Program-made: the position numbers and the translations under genes
DNA from: Coraliomargaritaceae bacterium
GTDB lineage: Bacteria > Verrucomicrobiota > Verrucomicrobiia > Opitutales > Coraliomargaritaceae
NCBI GenBank assembly: GCA_965656495.1
Contig: CBFHKU010000001.1
Span: forward strand, 1 to 50,682
Length of the DNA stretch: 50,682 nt
Reading direction: 5' to 3'
Part shown: one piece after another, positions 34,042 through 43,341 of the stretch
How positions within the stretch are numbered: position 1 is the first letter of the stretch
Layout: the number at the start of each line of letters is the position of its first letter
Notes under the pieces: generated by a model
Told to the model about the DNA's origin: nothing
What the model saw: the letters and a program-made list of their open reading frames with translations, nothing else
Database searches by the model: none

Positions 34042-34521
34042 GTGAAAGCTAAAACCGGACTTGGAGTCGACAGTCATCGTTTTGTAGAGGGCGAAACGGA
34101 TCGCCCTTTGATGTTGGGTGGTTTGCGCTTTGAGGATGCGCCGGCGCTGGCGGGCAATAGTGATGCGGATGTGATTCTGCATGCTCTGACGGATGCGATC
34201 AGCGGGGTGACGGGGGTCACTATAATCGGGGCGGTGGCGGATGAACTCTGCAAAAGGGGCATCACCGACAGTGCGGAATATTTAAAGTTGGCGCTGGAAC
34301 ATCTGGGCGAATGGCGTCTGACGCATGTTTCCATTGCGCTGGAATGTCTGCGTCCGAAGATCGATCCGAAGGTGCCGGCCTTGCGTGAACACCTGGCGGG
34401 TTTGCTGGGCTTGACGGTGTCGGAGGTGTGCATCACCGCGACGACCGGCGAAGGTCTGACGGGGATGGGTCGCGGAGAGGGAATCCACGCATCGGTCGTC
34501 GTGACGGCGGTTTCGGGCTAG
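34042..34521 (+). CDS. ispF: 2-C-methyl-D-erythritol 2,4-cyclodiphosphate synthase
   Basis: GLGVDSHRF, SDADVILHALTDA, ATTGEGL...GRGEGI. Confidence 0.95.
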   Translation: MKAKTGLGVDSHRFVEGETDRPLMLGGLRFEDAPALAGNSDADVILHALTDAISGVTGVTIIGAVADELCKRGITDSAEYLKLALEHLGEWRLTHVSIALECLRPKIDPKVPALREHLAGLLGLTVSEVCITATTGEGLTGMGRGEGIHASVVVTAVSG

Positions 34522-34539
34522 GTTTTTGGAAAGGGGCAG

Positions 34540-34569
34540 AAAAAAGGGCCGCACCCCCCAGCGCGACCC
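34540..34569 (-). terminator. intrinsic terminator (minus strand)
   Basis: GGGTCGCGC-TGGGGG-GTGCGGCCC followed by T6 on the minus strand (stem needs G-U pairs). Confidence 0.7.
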
Positions 34570-34758
34570 TTTAACTTGAACCTAGGTTTCCCTGTTGAAT
34601 AAACTACAAACAGGAAAGTTTTTCTATATTTGGTATAAAAACACTAATTATTGCTGAAGTAAAGCACTTTTTTGAGTTATTTTGCGCTTTAGATGTTAAT
34701 AAACGTTACTATAAAAGCATTCCAAAGTTTATACGTAAAGTTTTTATACCTGCGATCC

Positions 34759-35847
34759 TCAGAGAATGAGCATGGCGTCACCGTAGCTGTAGAAGCGGTA
34801 ATCTTTTTGAATGGCTTCTTGGTAGAGTTGGTGGAGCCATTGAATGCCATCGCTGGAGCCTGGGGTGAGGAAGGCGGAGACCAGGCAGAGGAGGGTTGAT
34901 TTGGGCAGGTGGAAGTTGGTGATGAGATGATCGACGCCCGCAAAGGTGGCGGGCGGGTAGATAAAGATATCGGCCTCCGCCTGAAAGGAACCATCGGGAA
35001 GGCGGGGGGTGCTGGGGTTTTGTTGGAGGCGTTGGAGGGCGTCTTCCATGGAGCGGACGCTGGTGGTTCCGATCGCGACGCGCGGACCGGCGGTAGGATT
35101 TTGAAGGGCGGCGAGGCTTGCGGCGGGGATGGTGTACCATTCGTGGTGGATGGGATGCTCGCGGATGTCCTCGACCTGAATGGGATGAAAGGTGCCAATG
35201 CCGACTTGGAGGGTCAGGTCGTGGAAGGTGGTGCTACCTGTTTCGAGTTGGCGGATGAGCTCGGGGGTAAAATGGAGACCGGCGGTGGGAGCGGCGACTG
35301 CTTGTTGTTTGGAATAGTCGGCGTACACGGTTTGGTAGCGATGGTTGTCGCTTTGCTGGCGCGGGTCGTCGGGGCTGCGTTCGATATAGGGCGGGAGGGG
35401 CATAATGCCGATGCGTTCGGCGAGGGCGGTGACGGGTTCGTCGTTGGCGGTTTGAAAGCGGACGCGGTAGTTGCCGTTTTGTCCGACTTCGAGGACTTGG
35501 GCGGAGAACTGGCCGGCTTGTTCGAAGGAACCGGCGGCGAAGGTTTTTTTGCCGGGCTTGAGGAGGCACCACCAGGTTTGGGGATCTTCGGCGGGGTGCA
35601 GGAGGAGGCATTCGACTTTTCCGCCGGTGGGGCGTTGACCGTAGAGGCGGGCTTTGAGGACGGCGGCATTGTTGCGGAAGCAGCGCGCGCCTTGGGGGAG
35701 GTGTTCGCCGATTTGGTCGAAGGTGGTATGGCTGACGCGGCGGGTGGCGCGGTCGATGACCATGAGGCGGGCGGCGTCGCGCCGGGGCGCGGGTTCTTGC
35801 GCGATGCGTTCAGGCGGGAGGTGATAGTCGAAGCGGGTGGCGTCCAT
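34759..35847 (-). CDS. queA: S-adenosylmethionine:tRNA ribosyltransferase-isomerase
   Basis: FDYHLPPERIAQ, PLPPYI, YQTVYA, AAPTAGLHFT, TNFHLPKS, YRFYSYGDAM. Confidence 0.98.
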   Translation of the reverse strand: MDATRFDYHLPPERIAQEPAPRRDAARLMVIDRATRRVSHTTFDQIGEHLPQGARCFRNNAAVLKARLYGQRPTGGKVECLLLHPAEDPQTWWCLLKPGKKTFAAGSFEQAGQFSAQVLEVGQNGNYRVRFQTANDEPVTALAERIGIMPLPPYIERSPDDPRQQSDNHRYQTVYADYSKQQAVAAPTAGLHFTPELIRQLETGSTTFHDLTLQVGIGTFHPIQVEDIREHPIHHEWYTIPAASLAALQNPTAGPRVAIGTTSVRSMEDALQRLQQNPSTPRLPDGSFQAEADIFIYPPATFAGVDHLITNFHLPKSTLLCLVSAFLTPGSSDGIQWLHQLYQEAIQKDYRFYSYGDAMLIL

Positions 35848-35916
35848 GGTTTAAAATAAACTGGTTCTCTGTGGGCGGGTTGTCATGTTAAAAGACGTTC
35901 AGCATGAAAGGAGAGG

Positions 35917-37377
35917 ATGTCGATTCCGGAAAAAGAAATTGATTGGGAAGCGTTGGCGCAGTCATTGGCTGCGGGGGCGGGGCTGGAGCTATGGGCGCCG
36001 GAGGTGCGCGCTTGGCTGGCGGACGGGTCAGGTGGTCGGGTGCTGGTGGCGTGCTCGGGGGGCGCGGATTCGGTCTTTTTATTGTGTCAATTATGGGGGC
36101 GGCGTGCTGAGTTGGGTTTGGAATTGGTGGTCGCGCATTACAATCACGGCTGGCGAGGGCTCGCCTCGGACGGTGATGCGGTCTTTGTGGAGGGATTGGC
36201 GCGCGGTTTGGGCTGTGAATTTTTGACGGAGCGGCGGGCGGCGGAAACGGATGGCTCAACGGAGACCAGGGCGCGCGCCCTGCGAATGGAATTTTTACGG
36301 GGCGCGGCGAAGGCGCGCGCTTGCGGGGCGATTTTTTTCGGGCATCAACGGGATGACATTCTGGAGACGCAGTTGCAACGGTTGGCGCGTGGAGCGGGCC
36401 TTGAGGGGATGGCGGCGCCGCGACCGGTGCATCGCTTTAAGGACAATGAACCGGTGCACTTGCGGCCGTTGTTGGATCTGAGCGCGGAGGCCCTGCGCAG
36501 GCACTTGGAGGGGGCGGGGATTCCCTGGAGGGAAGACGCCACGAATGCGGACATGGGAATCGCGCGGAATGCCTTGCGGGGTAAATTCATCCCTGAACTG
36601 GAAGGGATGCTGGGCCGGGATGCCTCGGCGGGGGCGGCGCGGACACGTCGTCTACTCGAGGCGGACGCGGTGGCTTTGGTGGAACTGGCGCAGGTGGCGC
36701 TGCCGGAGGCGTTCACCGGTTCGGATTTCTTGGTGCGGGAAACGCTGCAGTTGTTACCGGAGGCCTTGAGTCGGCGTGCTTTGACGGCGTGGCTGGAGGG
36801 TCATGGATTACTGGAATCCTTGAGTGCGGCGGGGTTCGATGGTTTGTTGGCGGCTTTGTGCGGGAGCGAAGCGAAGGGCCGTCAAAGTGTCGGGGCGAGC
36901 TTTGTGGTTTTTGATGGCGAGCGGGTTTGGTTTGAAGGCGCGGAGGGATCGGTTGCGGTTTTGGTGGATTGCGAACTGCGGCCCGGGGCGTTGCTTGAAC
37001 TGAGCACCGGGGCGATTTTGGTAAGCGAAAGGGTCGTGGTGGATGCGGCGCTGCGGTCACGACTGGAGGCTGGGGCGGTCGATCCGGCGGTGGAATGTTA
37101 TGCGGTTTTACCGGAGGGGGCCCGGGTTTTGGCGGTGCGGGCGCTGGCATCCGGCGATCGTTATCAGGCGTTGGGAGCCCCCGGGAGTCGCAAGTTAAAA
37201 GATTGTTTACTGGATCGCGGGATGGGTGAAAAGGAACGGAAGTTGCTCCCGGTGGTCTCTACAACAGGGGGATTGATTCTATGGGTCCCCGGTTTACCGG
37301 TTTCGGAGCGTTGCCGTGTGGGGCCTGATACGAAAGAGGCTCTTAGGTTGACTTACGTGGCAGGTGAAGCACTTTAA
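35917..37377 (+). CDS. tilS: tRNA(Ile)-lysidine synthetase
   Basis: VACSGGADS PP-loop, HYNHG, GHQRDDILET, RPLL, EDATN, RNALR; upstream of ftsH. Confidence 0.95.
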   Translation: MSIPEKEIDWEALAQSLAAGAGLELWAPEVRAWLADGSGGRVLVACSGGADSVFLLCQLWGRRAELGLELVVAHYNHGWRGLASDGDAVFVEGLARGLGCEFLTERRAAETDGSTETRARALRMEFLRGAAKARACGAIFFGHQRDDILETQLQRLARGAGLEGMAAPRPVHRFKDNEPVHLRPLLDLSAEALRRHLEGAGIPWREDATNADMGIARNALRGKFIPELEGMLGRDASAGAARTRRLLEADAVALVELAQVALPEAFTGSDFLVRETLQLLPEALSRRALTAWLEGHGLLESLSAAGFDGLLAALCGSEAKGRQSVGASFVVFDGERVWFEGAEGSVAVLVDCELRPGALLELSTGAILVSERVVVDAALRSRLEAGAVDPAVECYAVLPEGARVLAVRALASGDRYQALGAPGSRKLKDCLLDRGMGEKERKLLPVVSTTGGLILWVPGLPVSERCRVGPDTKEALRLTYVAGEAL

Positions 37378-37390
37378 GTACTCTACATTG

Positions 37391-39409
37391 ATGCCAGAAA
37401 AGACACCAAAACCACAAAAAAATACTCCACCGGAGCGCTTTCAACCGAAGGTGCTGTTGCTTTGGGCAGTCATCATCACCGCCATTGTGGCGTTGTGGTA
37501 TTCGACACCCGGCGTGAGCGGCAACCAGCGGGTGCTGAGTGTGAGCGAATTAATGGAGGCGGTTGAGGCCGGTCAGATCGCCAAGGATTCAGGCGTGATG
37601 AAGCCGGATCCATCCCTCGGGGAGGAAGGTTACATCATCACGGGCGAGATGAGCAGCCTGGTCGAGGCGGGGGAAGATTCCCCGAAGATCCCGTATCGGG
37701 TGGAGGGTCGTTTGACCGAAGCGGATTTCCTGAAATTGCGGGTCTTTTTAAAGGAGGAGCGCAGCAGCACCGCGATGCAGGATTTGCTTTTCAGTTTTCT
37801 GCCGTTTCTGCTGATCATCGGGCTTTTGTATTTTCTCTTTGTACGGCAGCTCCGCAATGCCGGTCGCGGGGCGATGAGTTTTGGCAAGAGTAAAGCCAAG
37901 ATGCTGACGCGCGAAAAAGATGGGGTGACCTTTAAAAACGTGGCGGGTTGCGATGAAGCGAAGGAGGAAGTCGGGGAAGTGGTTGATTTCCTGAAGGACC
38001 CGAAGAAGTTTCAGGCGATTGGCGGTCGGATTCCGAAAGGGGTGCTGATGGTGGGCCCTCCGGGAACGGGTAAGACCTTGCTCGCGAAAGCGGTGGCGGG
38101 GGAGGCGGACGTGCCGTTCTTTTCGATCAGCGGATCGGATTTTGTTGAAATGTTCGTGGGCGTCGGCGCGGCTCGCGTGCGCGATATGTTTGAACAGGGC
38201 CGCAAGAACGCGCCCTGTATTGTGTTTATTGATGAAATCGACGCAGTGGGTCGTCAGCGCGGTGCGGGTCTCGGCGGCGGGAATGACGAGCGCGAGCAAA
38301 CCCTGAATTCTTTGCTGGTTGAAATGGATGGCTTCGACGGTCACGAAGGGGTCATCATCATCGCGGCAACCAACCGCCCTGATGTACTCGATAATGCCCT
38401 CCTGCGTCCCGGACGTTTTGACCGACAGGTCACGATTGATTTGCCGGATTTAAACGGCCGCCATGAGATCCTGCAGGTACACGCCAAGAAAATCGCGCTC
38501 TCGGAGGAAGTGAACCTCGAATACGTGGCACGCAATACGCCCGGTTTCTCCGGCGCGGATTTGGCGAATCTCTTGAATGAGGGCGCCCTCATTGCGGCGC
38601 GTTACAACAAGAAGGTGGTTGAGATGCAGGACCTCGATGAGGCCCGCGACAAGATTTCCTTTGGACGAGAGCGCCGCAAGTTGATGGACGAGGAGGACCG
38701 CAAGATCACCGCTTATCATGAAGCGGGTCACGCCCTGGTGCAGGCGGTAGTGGATGACGGAAACATGCCGGTTCACAAGGTGACGATCATACCGCGCGGG
38801 CAGAGTCTGGGTTCGACGATGTTCATGCCCAAGAAGGATATTTTGAATCACTCCAAGCGCCGATTGCTCAATCAGATTTGCTGTGCGATGGGCGGGCGTT
38901 GCGCGGAGGAAATCGTGATGGGTGACATCACGTCGGGCGCCTCGGGTGATATCCGGATGGCAACCAAGACCGCGCGTCACATGGTTTGCGACTGGGGCAT
39001 GACGGATCTCGGACCGGTGGCCTACGGCGAGAACAAGGACCACATCTTCCTTGGGCAGGAAATCGAGCGATCGCAGAATTACAGCGAGGCGACTGCCCAG
39101 CGTATCGACAAGATGATTCACGACATCGTCGAGGAACAATATCAGCGTTCCCTTGAGATTTTAAAGGAACACCGCACTGCTTTGGATGTGTGCGCGGAGG
39201 CGCTTCTGGAGCATGAAACAATTGACGGCAAGCATGTGCAGGAAATCCTCGAGCATGGGGAAATGCGTTCGCCGATCATTAAACGCGAAACTATTGTAGC
39301 GGATCCGGAGCCCGAGGAACAGGATGCGGAGACAAAGGAACCGGAAACGAAGGAAGCGGAGGATGGCGACCTCGCGGGCGAAAGCACCCCGGCGGGCGCA
39401 CCGGCATAA
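37391..39409 (+). CDS. ftsH: ATP-dependent zinc metalloprotease FtsH
   Basis: Two TM helices, [29 protein letters not shown] 37391 preferred over GTG 37364. Confidence 0.98.
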   Translation: MPEKTPKPQKNTPPERFQPKVLLLWAVIITAIVALWYSTPGVSGNQRVLSVSELMEAVEAGQIAKDSGVMKPDPSLGEEGYIITGEMSSLVEAGEDSPKIPYRVEGRLTEADFLKLRVFLKEERSSTAMQDLLFSFLPFLLIIGLLYFLFVRQLRNAGRGAMSFGKSKAKMLTREKDGVTFKNVAGCDEAKEEVGEVVDFLKDPKKFQAIGGRIPKGVLMVGPPGTGKTLLAKAVAGEADVPFFSISGSDFVEMFVGVGAARVRDMFEQGRKNAPCIVFIDEIDAVGRQRGAGLGGGNDEREQTLNSLLVEMDGFDGHEGVIIIAATNRPDVLDNALLRPGRFDRQVTIDLPDLNGRHEILQVHAKKIALSEEVNLEYVARNTPGFSGADLANLLNEGALIAARYNKKVVEMQDLDEARDKISFGRERRKLMDEEDRKITAYHEAGHALVQAVVDDGNMPVHKVTIIPRGQSLGSTMFMPKKDILNHSKRRLLNQICCAMGGRCAEEIVMGDITSGASGDIRMATKTARHMVCDWGMTDLGPVAYGENKDHIFLGQEIERSQNYSEATAQRIDKMIHDIVEEQYQRSLEILKEHRTALDVCAEALLEHETIDGKHVQEILEHGEMRSPIIKRETIVADPEPEEQDAETKEPETKEAEDGDLAGESTPAGAPA

Positions 39410-39444
39410 GCCGCGTATCGAATCTTTGAATACAGGAAACGATC

Positions 39445-39819
39445 ATGGAAATCGAAACCTTCCCCAATCCTAGCCCCGGGCGCGACTACACCATTCAGCA
39501 CATTCAGGAGGAGTTCACTTCCACCTGTCCGATGACGGGTCATCCCGATTACGCCACGGTGGTTTTCAGCTATGCGCCCGGTGAGATTTGCCTGGAGTTA
39601 AAATCGATGAAGCTCTACCTGCACAGTTTCCGGAACAAGGGCATTTTCTTTGAAGCGGCGAGCAACAAGATTTTTGATGATTTGTATGCCGCCGCGAAGC
39701 CGCGCTGGGCACGACTGGAAACGATTTGGCGCGGACGCGGCGGGATTCGCTCAAACGTGGTGGTAGAGGCGCAGGCCGAGGATTATCAGGGGCCGAAGAC
39801 CGAAGCCTTCAGGGCTTAG
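39445..39819 (+). CDS. queF: preQ1 synthase (7-cyano-7-deazaguanine reductase, unimodular)
   Basis: EFTSTCPMTGHPDYA, ELKSMKLYL, RGGI. Confidence 0.95.
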   Translation: MEIETFPNPSPGRDYTIQHIQEEFTSTCPMTGHPDYATVVFSYAPGEICLELKSMKLYLHSFRNKGIFFEAASNKIFDDLYAAAKPRWARLETIWRGRGGIRSNVVVEAQAEDYQGPKTEAFRA

Positions 39820-39828
39820 GCTTGAGCA

Positions 39829-41295
39829 TTAGAGTTCTGTCGAGGCGGCGCTGGGAATGCGATACTGTTGCAGGACCCGCTCCGTGGCGGCGTCCAAACT
39901 GGCAGCGTCCAGCACGAGGTGTTTCAGGGTGTCGTCGTGCATGAATTCGATGCGGTGGAATCCGTTGGGCGGGTTGTCGAGGGCATGCGCGACATCCTTG
40001 AGGGTATGGATGGACTGGCCGTTGATGCGGTCGAGCATGAGGGGACCGATGTTCTCATAGCCTAGGTTGTAATCATCCGGCAAAACGGTGGACAAAATGA
40101 CAAGGGAAGGCCGCCCGATGTCCGGCTGCATTTCCCGGTAGTATTGCATCGCGCCGGAATTTTTCTTGGAGAGGGCGCGCATGAGGGGACCGTCGAGGGG
40201 TTGAAAGAGGAGGCCGCCCGCGATGAGGTAGCGCGGCTCGACATCATACTGGCGATCGGGAATGAGCCCGTGGTTGAAATCGGCGCGGGGCAGGGGGTAG
40301 TCGATTTGCAGCCGTTGTTGGTCGCGCCAGATCTCCATGGGGATGGATTCACCTGCGGCGTGTCGGCGGGTTGAGAGCCCTTCAAGGGAGAGGCGTCCGT
40401 ATTGCGGGTCGATGTATTTGCCCTCTTTGTCGAGGGGGAAGCCGTCAATTTCAAGAATGACATCGCCATCACGAAGGGTATTGGAGTGGTCCTCAAAGAC
40501 GCGGGCACGGGTCACGACGACGCCCTCGTTGGCCTCGGGATCGAGACCCTTGGATTCAAGGAGGGCGGGGTTGCTGGCGCGCATCCAGTAGAAATCAAAA
40601 AAGCCGTGCCCCGGGCCGTCGCTGCAGGGGCCGCGTTCGAGGGCGGCGGCGATAAAAGTGGCGGGTAGGATCGTGAGTTGTTTGTTCTTGGAGCCGGAAG
40701 TGGTGAGGCCGACGAGGCGGTCGCCGTCCATCACGATCTCCGCCCAACCGGCGGCGTTGATTTCACTGGAGGCGAGGAGGACGAGATGGCTGAGGTCGCT
40801 CAATTTCGCGGAACCGATGTAGAGGCGGACGATTTCGGCGGCGCGTTCCTCGATGCGACCTGAGCGCCAGCGGTAGATTTGGAGATTGCCGTTTTGTGGT
40901 ATTTCACTGGCAAGTTTGACGGGCTTCATCTCGGGCCAGAAATCCGGATCCTCGACATCGAGCAGGGCAATATTTGCCTGAAAATCAATGGAGCGAAGTT
41001 GGGCCTCATAACGGCGGCTTTCGCCGCCTTTGCGAATGCGGAAGGTGGCGTTTGATCTGAGCCCGTCGGCGGTGGTCAGGATTTGGTTGGGGCCGATGAC
41101 GAGGCCGTTTTTATTGCCGGTCTGGTTATGGCTGAGCCAAGGTTGTTGATAGCTGTGGGTTTTTTTGGTGAGCTCAATTTCAACGAGCGAGTCTTCCGGC
41201 TGAAAGGATTTATCGCTTTGCCAGGGGAGGGCGTCGAGCTGGGTGCCGACGCAGACGAAAAAGAGGAGGCAGCGTATGAATGTATGCTTAGTCAT
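39829..41295 (-). CDS. HtrA/Deg-like trypsin-PDZ protein lacking the catalytic triad (pseudo-protease)
   Basis: Collinear with the upstream protease (GDVILEIDG, PRYLIAGGLLF, INGQSIHTL) but has TTADG, ANIALL and INAAGWA at the triad motifs; start re-called to ATG 41295. Confidence 0.8.
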   Translation of the reverse strand: MTKHTFIRCLLFFVCVGTQLDALPWQSDKSFQPEDSLVEIELTKKTHSYQQPWLSHNQTGNKNGLVIGPNQILTTADGLRSNATFRIRKGGESRRYEAQLRSIDFQANIALLDVEDPDFWPEMKPVKLASEIPQNGNLQIYRWRSGRIEERAAEIVRLYIGSAKLSDLSHLVLLASSEINAAGWAEIVMDGDRLVGLTTSGSKNKQLTILPATFIAAALERGPCSDGPGHGFFDFYWMRASNPALLESKGLDPEANEGVVVTRARVFEDHSNTLRDGDVILEIDGFPLDKEGKYIDPQYGRLSLEGLSTRRHAAGESIPMEIWRDQQRLQIDYPLPRADFNHGLIPDRQYDVEPRYLIAGGLLFQPLDGPLMRALSKKNSGAMQYYREMQPDIGRPSLVILSTVLPDDYNLGYENIGPLMLDRINGQSIHTLKDVAHALDNPPNGFHRIEFMHDDTLKHLVLDAASLDAATERVLQQYRIPSAASTEL

Positions 41296-42778
41296 GGATC
41301 CGGTTGGTGGCGGGGATTTGGTAGGCTTCCATGAGTTCCCGGTCAATGGCGGCAGCCTCTTCTTCGGCGAGCGCTTCGATGCGGTGATTGGAAAATTCAA
41401 AATGGTGGAAACCGTCGGTTGGGTGTTGCAGCGCGGCCTGCAAATCCTGCATGGAATGAATGGGCTGTCCGTTGAGTGCGGTCAGGATGGAGCGCAAGGG
41501 GACGCGGAAATCGATATTGCCCGGATGGTTGATCTGGCTGGCTAGAATGATGGGCTTGGTGCGTGAGCTGTCCTCGTCCTGAAAGTTGCGATAAAAGAGC
41601 TCGTAGAGGGTCTCGGCGTCGGCATTGCGTTTGTCGCGCCCGAGGCTACGGAGGAAATCGAGGCTGAGTTCGGTAAAGACGAGTCCGCCAATCATGAGGT
41701 AGGGCGGGGGCGTATCATATTGGCTGCCGCTGATGCGGTCCTCGGTGTTCACGTAGACCGGCAGGTCGATTTGAAGGGCGGCGCCGTCACGCCAAATTTT
41801 GATGGGGACGCTTGCTCCGTGTTGGGCGGCATCGAACAGGACGCTCGCCTGCACACGGTTGCCCTTGTAGAGAATCATGCCGTCGCTGCCGACGGTGGCG
41901 CCGTCAATCTCGAGGAGGACGTCGTTTTCACGGATTCGTTTTTGCGTTTCGGGAAAGGGTTCAAAGATACGGTCGATACGGGCGCCTTCACCGTTGGGCA
42001 ATTTTAGGAAGGCGCGGAAGGCGGGGTTGTGGAGGGGTACAATGTTAATACCGGCATCGGGGAAGCCGTGGTAATGGCCATCCTCGATATCGCTGAGGAA
42101 ATGTCGGATCACCTCGGGAGGAATGATGAAGCCGGCGTTTTCGAGGTCGGGATTGCCTTGAAAGGAGACCCCCACGACGCGGCCATCCTGAATGGCGGGG
42201 CCGCCGCTATTGCCCGGGTTGAGGGCGGCGTCGGTTTGCAGGGTGAGGAGGGAGCGGTTGTAGATATGGGAATAGCGTTGGATTTCGATGCGCGAGACCA
42301 CCCCGCTGGTGTAGGAGATTTGTTGGCCGCCGGCGGGGTAACCGTAGGTCGTTACAGAGGAGCGGACGGTGGGGAGTTCGCCTATTTCGAGCGGGTTGAG
42401 GCCTTCGAAGAAGGCGGGGTCTTCAACTTGCAGAACCGCGAGGTCGCAGTCGTGCCCGATGTATTCAATGGAGGCGCGATAGGGTTGAGGATCCTGATAA
42501 CGGAAGACGAGGATTTGGCGCGACCAACTGACGACGTGGGCGTTGGTCATGATGCGGTTACCGGCAATGACAAAGCCGCTACCCGCGCCGGGGCGCACCT
42601 GCGAAAATTTCCAGGGTTCCTGCCAGTTGGGTGCCTGGCTGAAGTTGACGATTTTAACAACGGCGCGCTCGGCTTCGTTACCCTGCAGGATGCCCGTTAG
42701 GAACAGGCAGAGGAAAGGAAGGATGTTTCGAATTCGGAGCACGGACGAAATGGAAACGGTTTTGGGAAGGGCAATCAA
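41288..42778 (-). CDS. HtrA/Deg2-like serine protease with PDZ domains
   Basis: GSGF, TNAHVV, DCDLAVL, DAALNPGNSGGP; PPYLMIGGLVFT second PDZ of plant Deg2/Deg9 type; start uncertain. Confidence 0.92.
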   Translation of the reverse strand: MIALPKTVSISSVLRIRNILPFLCLFLTGILQGNEAERAVVKIVNFSQAPNWQEPWKFSQVRPGAGSGFVIAGNRIMTNAHVVSWSRQILVFRYQDPQPYRASIEYIGHDCDLAVLQVEDPAFFEGLNPLEIGELPTVRSSVTTYGYPAGGQQISYTSGVVSRIEIQRYSHIYNRSLLTLQTDAALNPGNSGGPAIQDGRVVGVSFQGNPDLENAGFIIPPEVIRHFLSDIEDGHYHGFPDAGINIVPLHNPAFRAFLKLPNGEGARIDRIFEPFPETQKRIRENDVLLEIDGATVGSDGMILYKGNRVQASVLFDAAQHGASVPIKIWRDGAALQIDLPVYVNTEDRISGSQYDTPPPYLMIGGLVFTELSLDFLRSLGRDKRNADAETLYELFYRNFQDEDSSRTKPIILASQINHPGNIDFRVPLRSILTALNGQPIHSMQDLQAALQHPTDGFHHFEFSNHRIEALAEEEAAAIDRELMEAYQIPATNRIHD

Positions 42779-43335
42779 GTCCGGACCTGCAAAACAGCCT
42801 GCAATTCGACGGTGGAATTAAGGGGAAGTCCGGTGACGGCAAGGGCGGCGCGGGTGTGGCGCCCGGCATCACCGAGGATTTCAACGAGGACATCGGAGGC
42901 GCCGTTGATAACGGCGGGGCTATCAGGGAAACCGGGGACGGCGTTGACGAATCCGTTGAGTTGAAGGACGGCTTCAACCTGATCGAGGGAACCGAGATGG
43001 GCACGGGCGACGGAGAGGAGGTTGAGGGCGCAGACACGGGCGGCGGCCTGCCCATAGGCGATATCACGCTCGTCGCCGACCTTACCGGTATGGGTCATGG
43101 CGCCGTCGACGAGGCAGATCGCGCCGGAAAGGTAGAGTTGGTTGCCGTTTTGGCGGGCGGGCAGGTAATTTCCGGCGGGCGCGGGTGCGTCGGGGAGGGT
43201 GATTCCGAGTTCGGTGAGTCGTGCTTCAATATTCATGGATTTGTTTTTCTTTGAGCATGCGAGTGACATTCCGGCAGTCACAAGGCTAGCGGTGAGGAGG
43301 AATTTTCGACGGGTGTAATCCTTGTTTAAAGGCAC
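42775..43335 (-). CDS. RidA/YjgF-family protein, possibly with a Tat leader (alternative start 43236)
   Basis: IEARLTELGITLP, PAGNY, VINGASD, GRHTRAA, LPLNSTVE. Confidence 0.9.
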   Translation of the reverse strand: MPLNKDYTRRKFLLTASLVTAGMSLACSKKNKSMNIEARLTELGITLPDAPAPAGNYLPARQNGNQLYLSGAICLVDGAMTHTGKVGDERDIAYGQAAARVCALNLLSVARAHLGSLDQVEAVLQLNGFVNAVPGFPDSPAVINGASDVLVEILGDAGRHTRAALAVTGLPLNSTVELQAVLQVRT

Positions 43336-43341
43336 ATGCCT

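Noticed and set aside
34759..39819. queA and queF as a 7-deazaguanine DNA-modification (dpd) system
   Set aside because: Ordinary tRNA queuosine genes among housekeeping loci; no dpdA/tgt paralog; far from the RM genes
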